DNA of 64,000 nt, taken from positions 1,472,001 through 1,536,000 of the forward strand of contig CAVXPZ010000001.1 of assembly GCA_963763775.1 (NCBI GenBank), written 5' to 3'. This DNA is from an uncultured Chloroflexia bacterium (GTDB lineage Bacteria; Chloroflexota; Limnocylindria; Limnocylindrales; CSP1-4). A program made the position numbers and the translations under genes. Under the pieces are notes generated by a model. The model searched no databases. It was not told the origin of the DNA and saw only the letters and a program-made list of their open reading frames with translations. This document shows, piece after piece, positions 47,671 to 56,266 of this stretch (its first letter is position 1; each line of letters begins with the position of its first letter).

Positions 47671-48594
47671 GTGGCTGCCCCGCTCACCGATGCCGCGATC
47701 GCCAAGATGCGCGAGATGATCGTCAGCGGGGAGTTGGCGACCGGCGCACCGCCGATCCGGGTCGACGCGCACCAGCACTTCTGGGACATCGAGAGCGGCC
47801 GATACGCGTGGCCGACGCCTGAAGACGGCCAGATCTATCGCACCTTCACGCCGGCCGACCTCGAGCCCGAACTCGAGCCCGCCGGGATCGACGCCACGGT
47901 CCTCGTCCAGACGGTCGACACGCTCGACGACACCGACGCGATGCTGGCCGACGCCGGCCGCCACCCGTTCATCGCGGCGGTCGTCGGCTGGGTGCCACTC
48001 GCTGACGTCAGCGCCACGGAGCGCGCCCTCGATTCCCGGCCCGACCCTCGACTGCGCGGGATCCGCCACCTGATCCACCAGGAGCGCGACCCCGATTGGC
48101 TGCTCCGTGCTGACGTCGGGGACGGCCTGCGGACCCTCTCGGCTCGAGGCCTGGCGTTCGACGTCGTCGCCGTGTTCCCGGAGCACCTTCGCCTGGTCCC
48201 GATCGTCGCCGACCGCCACCCGGACCTGACACTCGTCATCGACCACCTGGCCAAGCCGCCGTTCCGGTCGCCCGGCTGGGCGCAGTGGCACGACCAACTC
48301 CGCGACGCGGCGGCTCGCCCCAACGTCGTGGCCAAGCTGTCCGGCCTCGACACCGCCGCTGGGCCAGGCTGGACCGACGATGGACTCCGCCCGGCCGTCG
48401 ATGCCGCGCTGGAGACGTTCGGGCCAGGGCGCCTGATGTTCGGCAGTGATTGGCCCGTGTGCCGCCTCACGTCCACGTATGACCAGGTCATCCGGGCGAT
48501 CGAGCGGCTCGTTGCGCCACTGACCGAGGCCGAGCGCCGGGCCGTCATGGGCGGGACCGCCGCTCGCGTCTACGGGATCCGGCCAACGGCCTGA
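47671..48594 (+). CDS. Amidohydrolase family 2 (candidate L-fuconolactone hydrolase) with GntR-like N-terminal stub
   Basis: VDAHQHFW, GIRH, IDHLAKP, KLSG, MFGSDWPV. Confidence 0.88.
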   Translation: MAAPLTDAAIAKMREMIVSGELATGAPPIRVDAHQHFWDIESGRYAWPTPEDGQIYRTFTPADLEPELEPAGIDATVLVQTVDTLDDTDAMLADAGRHPFIAAVVGWVPLADVSATERALDSRPDPRLRGIRHLIHQERDPDWLLRADVGDGLRTLSARGLAFDVVAVFPEHLRLVPIVADRHPDLTLVIDHLAKPPFRSPGWAQWHDQLRDAAARPNVVAKLSGLDTAAGPGWTDDGLRPAVDAALETFGPGRLMFGSDWPVCRLTSTYDQVIRAIERLVAPLTEAERRAVMGGTAARVYGIRPTA

Positions 48595-48723
48595 CGCTAC
48601 CGGGTGATCTGCTCCGTCACGAGTTCATCATGAACCTCAGGCGCTCGCCCGCCGGGCCCATCGCCAGGACGTGGCCTCCGGCGTGCTCGACGGCCGTCGC
48701 GCGGCCGATCGGACGTCGCGCCG

Positions 48724-49788
48724 ATGCGGTGTGAGCGGCCGGGACCGTACGATGTCGGCGACAGGAGGTGGGATGCCGTCGATGACGACGCCCGAGGTCG
48801 ACGACTGCCCGGCGATGGACTCGAACAGCTGGTTCGCCCCGCGATCGAGGCGGGTGGTTCAGGCCGCCGCGATCATGCGCGAGTGGCGTCTGGCATCGGC
48901 CGGCTTGGATCATGGTCGGACGACCTTGGGTCCCTGCCCGGCAAAGCCGGTCTGGGGCTTGCCGTGGGCCTGTGGCTCTTGATCATCGTGCTGTCGGCGC
49001 GCGGGCAGGTGTGGAGCGCGGCGCAAGAGGCCTGGTGCTACTGGATCCCCTCGATCCTGGATCCCTATCGGCAGTCCGACTGGACCAGCCCGGTCGCCTA
49101 CGTGTACTCACCGGCCTTCCTCCAGGTCATCGCGCCGCTCCGGGCGCTCAGCTGGCCCATGTTCGTCGCCGTTTGGACCGCCCTGCTCCTCGGTGCCGTG
49201 ACCTATCTGACGGGCCTTCGGCTCCTCTGGATCGGCGTCCTGGTCGCCGCCACAGAGCTGTACGGCGGCAACATCTCGCTCTTCCTGGCCGTGGCCATCG
49301 TGCTCGGCTTCCGCTGGCCGGTGACCTGGGCGATCGTCATCCTCACCAAGGTCACGCCCGGCATCGGGCTGCTGTGGTTCGCGGTGCGGCGTGAGTGGCG
49401 GAACCTCGGCATCGCCCTCGCCGCGACCGTCCTCGTGGCCGGCGCATCGGCCGTGGCCATGCCAGTGGCGTGGCAACAATGGGCACACGTCCTGATGGCG
49501 AACGCGGGTCGCGACGGGACATGGGCTGCCGTCCCGATCGCGTTGTGGATCCGGTTGCCGATGGCCGTCGCGCTCGTGGTGTGGGGGGCGAGGACCGACC
49601 GGCGCTGGACGGTCCCGGTCGCGTCGATGCTGGCCTTGCCCGCACTCTGGTTCGGCAGCCTCAGCATGATCCTCGCGGTGATCGCCCTCCGGCGGATGGG
49701 TGAGCCGGCCGGATCCGCCGTCGGTCGTGCCGACCTCGTGGACGATCAGGGAGCGAAGCCCGCCGCCCCGACCCTCGTGCGCGCATAG
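48724..49788 (+). CDS. Glycosyltransferase family 87 (DUF2029)
   Basis: YVYSPAF, GNISL, LTKVTPGIG..WFAVRREWR; true start probably downstream. Confidence 0.75.
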   Translation: MRCERPGPYDVGDRRWDAVDDDARGRRLPGDGLEQLVRPAIEAGGSGRRDHARVASGIGRLGSWSDDLGSLPGKAGLGLAVGLWLLIIVLSARGQVWSAAQEAWCYWIPSILDPYRQSDWTSPVAYVYSPAFLQVIAPLRALSWPMFVAVWTALLLGAVTYLTGLRLLWIGVLVAATELYGGNISLFLAVAIVLGFRWPVTWAIVILTKVTPGIGLLWFAVRREWRNLGIALAATVLVAGASAVAMPVAWQQWAHVLMANAGRDGTWAAVPIALWIRLPMAVALVVWGARTDRRWTVPVASMLALPALWFGSLSMILAVIALRRMGEPAGSAVGRADLVDDQGAKPAAPTLVRA

Positions 49789-49794
49789 CCTCGT

Positions 49795-50613
49795 TCAGGG
49801 CCGACGCGGACCGCCCGCGTCCATCGACAGGTGCGGGTCCCGGGTCCTGCCCAGATAGGCGATGACCGGCACCATCAGGAGGGGCAGGTCCTTCACGCTG
49901 TACAGCCAGCCCTCAGGACCGCGCGCATCGACCACCGCCCGCAGCCAATCCGGGATCAGCGGGATGAGTGGCAGCGTGAGGACGACCAGGATCCCGGCCG
50001 TGATCCACCAGCCGCGGGTCCGGATGCCGATCAGGGCGAACGGCAGGATGGATGGCTTGAGCAGGATGAGCGCGCCCGGCCACTTCCAGCGCAGCGCCGC
50101 CGCCACGAGCGCGGCGAAGACGATCACCGGCGCGCCTCGGAAGTAGAGGACCGGTTGATCCGGAAAGGCCAGGCAGACGAGGATCGCGGCCACCGCCCAC
50201 AGCGCGGGTCGCCACGACCAGACCACGTAGCCCAGGAGCCCGACCGCGAGGACCCACCAGAGCTGGTACGGCAGCACCAGGAACGGGATGAACAGGTAGA
50301 GCATCGTCGGCGGGTAGAGCACGTCGCCAAGCACGATCGGGTACGGGCCGTGGAGCTGACGAGGCAGGTAGAAGCCGTCGCCAGCAAGCCACGAGCGGCT
50401 CGCTTCGACGTAGCCACGCAGGTCGGCGCCCCAGTCGGTCCCGCGGAGATCCGTGTACGGAAACCCGATCAGCAACTGGGCGACGATCGCCACGCTCGCG
50501 ACGCCGATCACCGCGAGCGTCGCACCGCGGGCCACGCGGTCCCACGGGACGCCCGTCAGGACGTCGCCGGTCGCCCCCGTCTCTCGCCGCGATGTTCCGA
50601 GATCCTCTGACAT
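49795..50613 (-). CDS. Glycosyltransferase family 87-like membrane protein
   Basis: DLRGYVEASRSWLAG..FY, LYPPTM, LLKP, multiple TMs. Confidence 0.7.
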   Translation of the reverse strand: MSEDLGTSRRETGATGDVLTGVPWDRVARGATLAVIGVASVAIVAQLLIGFPYTDLRGTDWGADLRGYVEASRSWLAGDGFYLPRQLHGPYPIVLGDVLYPPTMLYLFIPFLVLPYQLWWVLAVGLLGYVVWSWRPALWAVAAILVCLAFPDQPVLYFRGAPVIVFAALVAAALRWKWPGALILLKPSILPFALIGIRTRGWWITAGILVVLTLPLIPLIPDWLRAVVDARGPEGWLYSVKDLPLLMVPVIAYLGRTRDPHLSMDAGGPRRP

Positions 50614-50709
50614 CCACGCTCCCGATCGTGCCACCGAGCCTAGCACCGGGCTTCACGCGCCCGCGATCCGCCACATTGAACCGATCGCGGCCTGACGCTG
50701 GACTCAGGT

Positions 50710-50761
50710 CCTCCCGAGCGGGAGTAACTCAGTCGGCAGAGTGTCACCTTCCCAAGCCGAC
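50710..50761 (+). repeat. tRNA-Gly(CCC) 5' fragment, copy 1 (att-like)
   Basis: CCTCCCGAGCGGGAGTAACTCAGTCGGCAGAGTGTCACCTTCCCAAGCCGAC; 2 mismatches to 55191..55242. Confidence 0.9.
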
Positions 50762-50779
50762 ACCCTTTGGCTTGTGACG

Positions 50780-50845
50780 GGCGACGCCGAAGTGGACTGG
50801 AAGCTGCTCGAGCATGTGGGCATGCTGCTGCACGCGAGTCGCTAG
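50780..50845 (+). pseudogene. 3'-terminal remnant of a cNMP-binding protein gene
   Basis: GDAEVDWKLLEHVGMLLHASR* vs GDAEVAWKLLEHVGVLLHARR* of 14422..14829. Confidence 0.75.
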
Positions 50846-52902
50846 GGCTTCGACTCGCTGATGACCTTGGCGTCGACCGTGGCGTTGACCTTGTCCTGAC
50901 TCGCCCCCACGGCGACCGTCTGCTTCACCGTCTTCTTACCGCCCTCCGGCTTGAACGTGAGGTCGGCGAGGGAACCATCCGGCTGGAAACCGCCCAGCAA
51001 CGCGATCATGAAGGGGCCGGTCATGCCGTCCGGCCCGAGCTGCAGGAATTGACCGAGGCTGATGCCAAGGCAGCTCCCTGAGTCCAGGACCTTCGACGAC
51101 TTGTCGTAGTTGACCTTCCAGTCACGCGGCACGGTCTCGTCGAGGACGGGATTCGACTGACCCTGCCGCCCGATCTCGGCGATCGGCCGCTTGGCGGTCA
51201 GGACGACGGTGCCCTGCTCCTTGAACGGTGTCGGACACGGGACATCGCCGTTGATCCGCATCGTGCCCTTGACCGGTCCTGACCCACGGTAGGTCCCATC
51301 GGGCTGGAGCTCCAGGACGACCTTGGGGATCGAGATGGTCGTCGTGTACGACACACCGAGTGCACTGACCGTGAGCGTCCCATTGATCCCCACCTCGAGC
51401 TTCTTGGCGCCGGTGTGGAAGATCAGCGTGAGTTTCGCGATCCCCTGCCTCGACGTGGCGGTGAGCCGCACGTAGGCATCCTTGCCGTCCTGGTCCGGCG
51501 CGACGTAGCTCAGGCTCCCGGGTGGTTTCTCGACGGTCTTGGGGTCGAGCGACTCCTTGCCATCCAGCTCGGCCACGATCTTGACCGGCGGCACGGTCTG
51601 GCCGTACCGATGGTCGAGCCCGACATCGAACTGGGTCGTGCTGCCCTTGTCGACCTCCTCGGTGTGGGTCGGCTTGGCGTTGTTGGCGAAGGCACTCATC
51701 GGGATGTAGCTCGGCGCGGTCACGATCATGCAGCGGGTATCGCGCCAGACTTCCTGCGCGTGCCGATACGCGGGATTCATCGTCACGAAGTCGTAGCCGG
51801 CGCTGCCGGTGATCTGCCCGATCATCGCGGGGGTCACGTCACCGGACCCCTTGACGTCGGTCTTGGCGCCGCTCCAGCCCCCGACGGTCCCCGAGCCCTC
51901 GGCGATCGGGGCCGGGACGCCGTCGGAGATGCCCGTCGTTGCGACGGTGTACTCGCCGTCGCTGGTCGTCTCGTCGCCGTCCGTGGTCGTGGACCGGTGG
52001 AACTTCTCGTGGTGCGTATAGGCCTGGGTGATGGCTCCGAGCGTCGCGGTATCGTCCGTCGTGCCTTCGAACGTGCTCGATTGGTCGCTCGAGCCCGTCG
52101 CGTTCGATCCGCTGCCGCCGGGCCCGCCCGACGTCGATGCCGTGATCTGGATGGACGTGTCGAGCGAGGCTGGCACGAGCCCGGCCGCGTTCGGGCAGGC
52201 ATCGAGCTGACCGAAGAGTCGCGTCTTGTTGCTGTCGGTGAGGACCGTCTGGCCGGTCGCGGTGTCGGTCACGGTCTCGTCGATATCGGTCGTCATCTCC
52301 AGCTTGCCGACGGAGCCGGACGTCGAGTAGGTGACGACGGTGTGGATCGTCGCCGTGCTGCTTCGCCCGCCATCGGTCTGGGTGAACGACTTCGTTCCGA
52401 GGTCGTTGACATGGGGGTTGTCGGCCGGGTACCCGATGATCTCGACCGCGCCGGCCATGAGCGGCCCGAACTGGGTACGGGACAGGTCGGGTGGGGACTT
52501 GAATGCCGCCTCGATGATCGCCGACTTCGCATCGGGCAACGTTCGCCTCGAGATCGCCCCGGTCTCCGTGTCGATCAGGAGGGCGAGGATCGCATCGGCA
52601 TCAGGCCCGAGCGACTCGCGGATCCCCATCGCCTCCAGGAGCGCGAGATGGTCGTTCACCGGATCGAGCGGCTGCCCCTCACGAGAGGCTGCGTCCGCGA
52701 CGACCGCGTCCAGGGTCGCCTGGAGCGAGCCATCGGCTGGCGGCGCGATCGGAACGGCCGGCGAACTCACGGACCCGCTGGCTACTGGACTCGAGGCGAC
52801 GATCGTGGTCGTCGCCGCCGGGCTGGGCGTGGCGACGTTCGGGCTCCCGCACGCGCTGAGGATGACCGTGACCGTCATCAGCAGGCCGAGCAGCCGCAAC
52901 AT
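50842..52902 (-). CDS. Large Thr/Ser/Gly-rich lipoprotein of unknown function
   Basis: Lipobox ILSAC after a hydrophobic signal; ~686 uninterrupted codons. Confidence 0.7.
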   Translation of the reverse strand: MLRLLGLLMTVTVILSACGSPNVATPSPAATTTIVASSPVASGSVSSPAVPIAPPADGSLQATLDAVVADAASREGQPLDPVNDHLALLEAMGIRESLGPDADAILALLIDTETGAISRRTLPDAKSAIIEAAFKSPPDLSRTQFGPLMAGAVEIIGYPADNPHVNDLGTKSFTQTDGGRSSTATIHTVVTYSTSGSVGKLEMTTDIDETVTDTATGQTVLTDSNKTRLFGQLDACPNAAGLVPASLDTSIQITASTSGGPGGSGSNATGSSDQSSTFEGTTDDTATLGAITQAYTHHEKFHRSTTTDGDETTSDGEYTVATTGISDGVPAPIAEGSGTVGGWSGAKTDVKGSGDVTPAMIGQITGSAGYDFVTMNPAYRHAQEVWRDTRCMIVTAPSYIPMSAFANNAKPTHTEEVDKGSTTQFDVGLDHRYGQTVPPVKIVAELDGKESLDPKTVEKPPGSLSYVAPDQDGKDAYVRLTATSRQGIAKLTLIFHTGAKKLEVGINGTLTVSALGVSYTTTISIPKVVLELQPDGTYRGSGPVKGTMRINGDVPCPTPFKEQGTVVLTAKRPIAEIGRQGQSNPVLDETVPRDWKVNYDKSSKVLDSGSCLGISLGQFLQLGPDGMTGPFMIALLGGFQPDGSLADLTFKPEGGKKTVKQTVAVGASQDKVNATVDAKVISESKP

Positions 52903-52982
52903 CGTCGGAGTATGCCCCTTCAGCCGGGCTTGCCGGCGGCTCCAGACGGCGTACACGCTCCGCGCTAGACGGAGGCCTCCGA

Positions 52983-53053
52983 GCGGGAGTACTCAGTCGG
53001 CCGGACCAGCTTCCCACGCCGAATGTCGCGGGTTCGATCCGACTCATGCTCCA
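52983..53053 (+). pseudogene. Degenerate full-length tRNA-Gly(CCC) copy (copy 2)
   Basis: GCGGGAGTACTCAGTCGG...CAGCTTCCCACGCCGAATGTCGCGGGTTCGATCCGACTCATGCTCCA; broken stems. Confidence 0.8.
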
Positions 53054-53153
53054 CTCCTGGTTCCTCGACACAACCCGGTTCGATTCACCGACGGGAAATC
53101 GTACTCTGGGACTTGACTGCGGCCAGGCATCCGGTGAGGCCTCGCCTGAGCCG

Positions 53154-54548
53154 TCAGCGCCCAGTCGGCTGCCAGTAGAAGGTGCGGCCAGGATCACCTG
53201 GCTCGGACATCGTGGTGACCCGGCCGGGCGCGTCGATGGCCGCCAGCGCCTCTGTCAGGTCAGCCAGGGGCTGGGCATCGTGCGGCGTGACGTCCAGCGC
53301 GACGCTCCAGAACCGGGCGTCGTCGCCCGAGCCGCCGCCGACACGAAGATGCGTGTCATCGAGCCAATCGACGCAGCAAAGCCGGCGATCGGTCGCGTCG
53401 GATCCGGTCTCGATGCGCTCGACGTGGCCAGACGCGAGATCGGCGACGTAGACGGTCGTCTCCGGCGACGTATCCGTGACCCACCGTTGCCAGGCGAAGG
53501 CGATCCGCGTGCCGTCGGGTGACCAGCGCGGCCCCAGGACCGAAACGTCCGCATCGAGCGCGACCTTGGCGGGATCCGTGCCATCGGCGTTCACGATCCA
53601 GAGTTCGCGGGTGTCGTTGCTCTCGTCCAGGACGGTATACGCGATCCGGCTCCCATCCGGTGACCAGGCGGGCAATTCCAGCGCCAGCTGCCGATCGCGT
53701 GTCTGATCCTTCACGAGCGTCTTGCCCAGGTCAAGCTGCTGGCGGGTCCGCAGGTCGAGCGTGCCCAGCGTGTGGCAATAGGTTCCGGCCGTCTCGGCGA
53801 TGGCGGCGGCCAGGACCACCTCGACCCCGCCGATGACACCGACCGTCGATCGGGCCGAGCAGTGCACTGTTCGGACGAAGACCACGTGCTCGCCGTCCCC
53901 GGCGACGTCGAACGCGGTCCACTGCTCCGGTTCAGGGACCACGACACCGGTGTCGACGAAGTCGCCGATCGTCTCGCCGACCTCGGCGACGAGGATGTGG
54001 CCGGAATTCGCGACCAGCCGCGTACCATCCGGGGACCACGCGACATCCAGGGCACGATCGGCTTGGAGCTCGTGCGCGCCGGTCCCGTCCGCACGCATCG
54101 CCCACGTGCTCGGCAGCCTCGACACCAGCGATCCCCCGCTCGAGGGCACCGATCCCCGACTGCGGGCAAAGGCGACCCAGGGAGCTGGACCGACAGCGTC
54201 GGGCGAGGCCGCCGGCGTGGAGGAGGGCCGTGCCGTGGACGGGGCCGCCGATGGCGTCGCCGAGCCTTGGGGCAGAGCTGCCGGCGCGACCGGCGGCATG
54301 CGGACCAAGCCGGATCCCACGGCCACGGTCCCGACCAGCGCGGCGACCACGAGTACGACGACGGCCGTCAGCATGAGCCGCCGGTCGCCCGTGCCGCGTG
54401 ATCGCACGGGGATCCCCAGCTGGACGGCGGTCAGGCGTTCCGTGTGCCCGAGCGCAGCCGCCCGCTGCTCGATCACGGTCCAGAGCTCCGGCATCGGTGC
54501 TCGGTCGAGCGTGGCGAAGCGGTCACGGAGGTCAGGCATCGTCGTCAC
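53154..54548 (-). CDS. Membrane-anchored TolB/PD40-repeat protein (probable anti-sigma/sensor)
   Basis: TM helix; repeated WSPDG..(I/L)A motifs; overlaps the sigma gene. Confidence 0.75.
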   Translation of the reverse strand: MTTMPDLRDRFATLDRAPMPELWTVIEQRAAALGHTERLTAVQLGIPVRSRGTGDRRLMLTAVVVLVVAALVGTVAVGSGLVRMPPVAPAALPQGSATPSAAPSTARPSSTPAASPDAVGPAPWVAFARSRGSVPSSGGSLVSRLPSTWAMRADGTGAHELQADRALDVAWSPDGTRLVANSGHILVAEVGETIGDFVDTGVVVPEPEQWTAFDVAGDGEHVVFVRTVHCSARSTVGVIGGVEVVLAAAIAETAGTYCHTLGTLDLRTRQQLDLGKTLVKDQTRDRQLALELPAWSPDGSRIAYTVLDESNDTRELWIVNADGTDPAKVALDADVSVLGPRWSPDGTRIAFAWQRWVTDTSPETTVYVADLASGHVERIETGSDATDRRLCCVDWLDDTHLRVGGGSGDDARFWSVALDVTPHDAQPLADLTEALAAIDAPGRVTTMSEPGDPGRTFYWQPTGR

Positions 54549-55017
54549 CCAGGAGTTGGCGGAGCCGGCGCCGACCGCGACTAAGGTTGGCCCGGACGGC
54601 CAGTCCGTTCGATCCCAGTCGCTGCGCGATCTGACTGATCGGCAGGTCGGCGTAGTAGAAGAGCACGACCGCGGCGCGCTGACTCTCGGGGAGTCGGCGC
54701 AGGGCCTCGAGGAGGTCAGGATCGGCGTAGCGGTCCACGTGGTCGGTGGTCGGGGTGGACACCTGGCCGGCCATCCGGCCGGCCTTCAGGGCGCCCGAGG
54801 CGATCCGGAACGCCGCCCGCCACGTCCAGGCCTGCGGGTCGCGTACCGCCGCTCCCCGACGCAGGACTTGCGCATAGGCCTCCGCGACGGCATCGCTGGC
54901 GATCTCCGGATCGGCGGCGAAGGCGTAGACCGCGTGCCAAAGCCGATCGGCGTCCGAGCGGTAGATCGCCTCGACCGTCTGCTCTGCTTCGATGACCGGG
55001 ACCGCGCTTTCCATCAT
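54532..55017 (-). CDS. ECF sigma-70 factor
   Basis: ASDAVAEAY, DPQAW, LPESQRAAVVLFYYADL, RGRRRL. Confidence 0.87.
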   Translation of the reverse strand: MMESAVPVIEAEQTVEAIYRSDADRLWHAVYAFAADPEIASDAVAEAYAQVLRRGAAVRDPQAWTWRAAFRIASGALKAGRMAGQVSTPTTDHVDRYADPDLLEALRRLPESQRAAVVLFYYADLPISQIAQRLGSNGLAVRANLSRGRRRLRQLLGDDDA

Positions 55018-55190
55018 CCGCATAGGGACCGTTTCTGGTCAAAAGGTGACATCCGAGGGAGCCGGGCTGAGGGTCGACGCGCCGGTGCCCCGGGTCGTGG
55101 TGACCGCGGGCGGCCCGGAGGCTAGATCGTTGCTCCGGGCACATCACGCCTCGTCCGGCTGACCTTGGCTCGCATCAACTAGAATGTCTG

Positions 55191-55246
55191 CCTCCCGAGC
55201 GGGAGTAACTCAGTTGGCAGAGTGTCAGCTTCCCAAGCCGACTGTC
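55191..55246 (+). repeat. tRNA-Gly(CCC) 5' fragment, copy 3 (att-like), preceded by a TAGAAT -10 box
   Basis: 55191..55238 identical to 62801..62848 (48 bp); TAGAAT at 55180..55185. Confidence 0.92.
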
Positions 55247-55328
55247 TGGCCCCCTGCCGACCTGGCCCAGCCGAGCCCTCCCGCCTCGTGGTTTGAGAGT
55301 TGTGAGAGTCCCCTGAGCCGGTGGACGA

Positions 55329-55360
55329 AGAGAACTAGTTGCGCATGCAACCAGTTCTCT
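55329..55360. other. 14-bp inverted repeat (terminator or protein-binding site)
   Basis: AGAGAACTAGTTGC-GCAT-GCAACCAGTTCTCT, one mismatch. Confidence 0.55.
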
Positions 55361-55489
55361 AGCCTCGCGAGCAACGGCGCGGCAAGCTCTCCGATTGTTC
55401 GGAAGTGCTCTGTGCTGGGCACCCACGCCTCCATCAGGCAACGCGGCACAACGGCAGTTCACCACCAACCTGGGGCAGTGGACGTCGGC

Positions 55490-56266
55490 CTACGAGTGCG
55501 ACTCCTCTTCCGGCTCCTCGTACCACCTGACACGGTCCCCGATCCTCGCCCGGGCCTTCCAGGCAAATGACTTTGGAGCGGAGCGAAGGCGGTCGACGAG
55601 CTCCTGGGCCTGGCTGGCAGCGTCATATCGGGGTGGCTGGCTGAAGGTCAGTTCGACGGGTACGGGTTCCTCTGCGACGAACCGGACAAGCGTCTCGAGG
55701 GTCCCGGTCACGGTCCGCCACCACCCCCAGTCGCCACGTGTCAGGCGAACGATCGGCGCCGTCGTGATGCTGTGGCCATCCTGATTCGAGTCGGAGTCTG
55801 CGAGTGGCAATCCCGAAAGTAGGACAGTCGCATCGATCAGGTCCTTGCGGGTGACCTTCACCACTTGCAGCTTGCTGAGCAGCAAGTCCGTGGGCGAGAT
55901 CGTCGGGCCCGGTCCGGCGAGCGACGACCTGAGGTCGAGGGTGTGGCACATCTCGAGTCGGTCGACGATCACGTCCACCGGCCGACCACGCTCAGGATCG
56001 ACGGCGTACAGCTGCTTGTGACCGGCGGCGGCGTTGTACCGGCGATCGGGCACGTACCCTTCGGCCTCCAGCATCTCCAGGACGCGTCGCCGGCCCGCCG
56101 ATGTGGTAGCCATGTCGAGGTCGCGTCCTGGCCGCTCGCCACGACCATGCCACCCTGGCACGAGGAGCTCGACCGCTGCTCCGCCCAGCACCTGCAGTGG
56201 CACGCCACGGTCAGAGGCGATCGAAACGAGCCGCAACGCCTCGGCGCGCAGGCTAGCCTCCGTCAT
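55490..56266 (-). CDS. Nucleotidyltransferase-fold protein of unknown function
   Basis: LGGAAV...RDLDM (GG..DxD) NTase-like signature, VDV, LLLSKLQ, KDLID. Confidence 0.65.
   Translation of the reverse strand: MTEASLRAEALRLVSIASDRGVPLQVLGGAAVELLVPGWHGRGERPGRDLDMATTSAGRRRVLEMLEAEGYVPDRRYNAAAGHKQLYAVDPERGRPVDVIVDRLEMCHTLDLRSSLAGPGPTISPTDLLLSKLQVVKVTRKDLIDATVLLSGLPLADSDSNQDGHSITTAPIVRLTRGDWGWWRTVTGTLETLVRFVAEEPVPVELTFSQPPRYDAASQAQELVDRLRSAPKSFAWKARARIGDRVRWYEEPEEESHS

Noticed and set aside
53077-53086. Extra GGTTCGATTC T-loop-like motif after the pseudo-tRNA
   Set aside because: No paired stem or other tRNA elements; too short to support.
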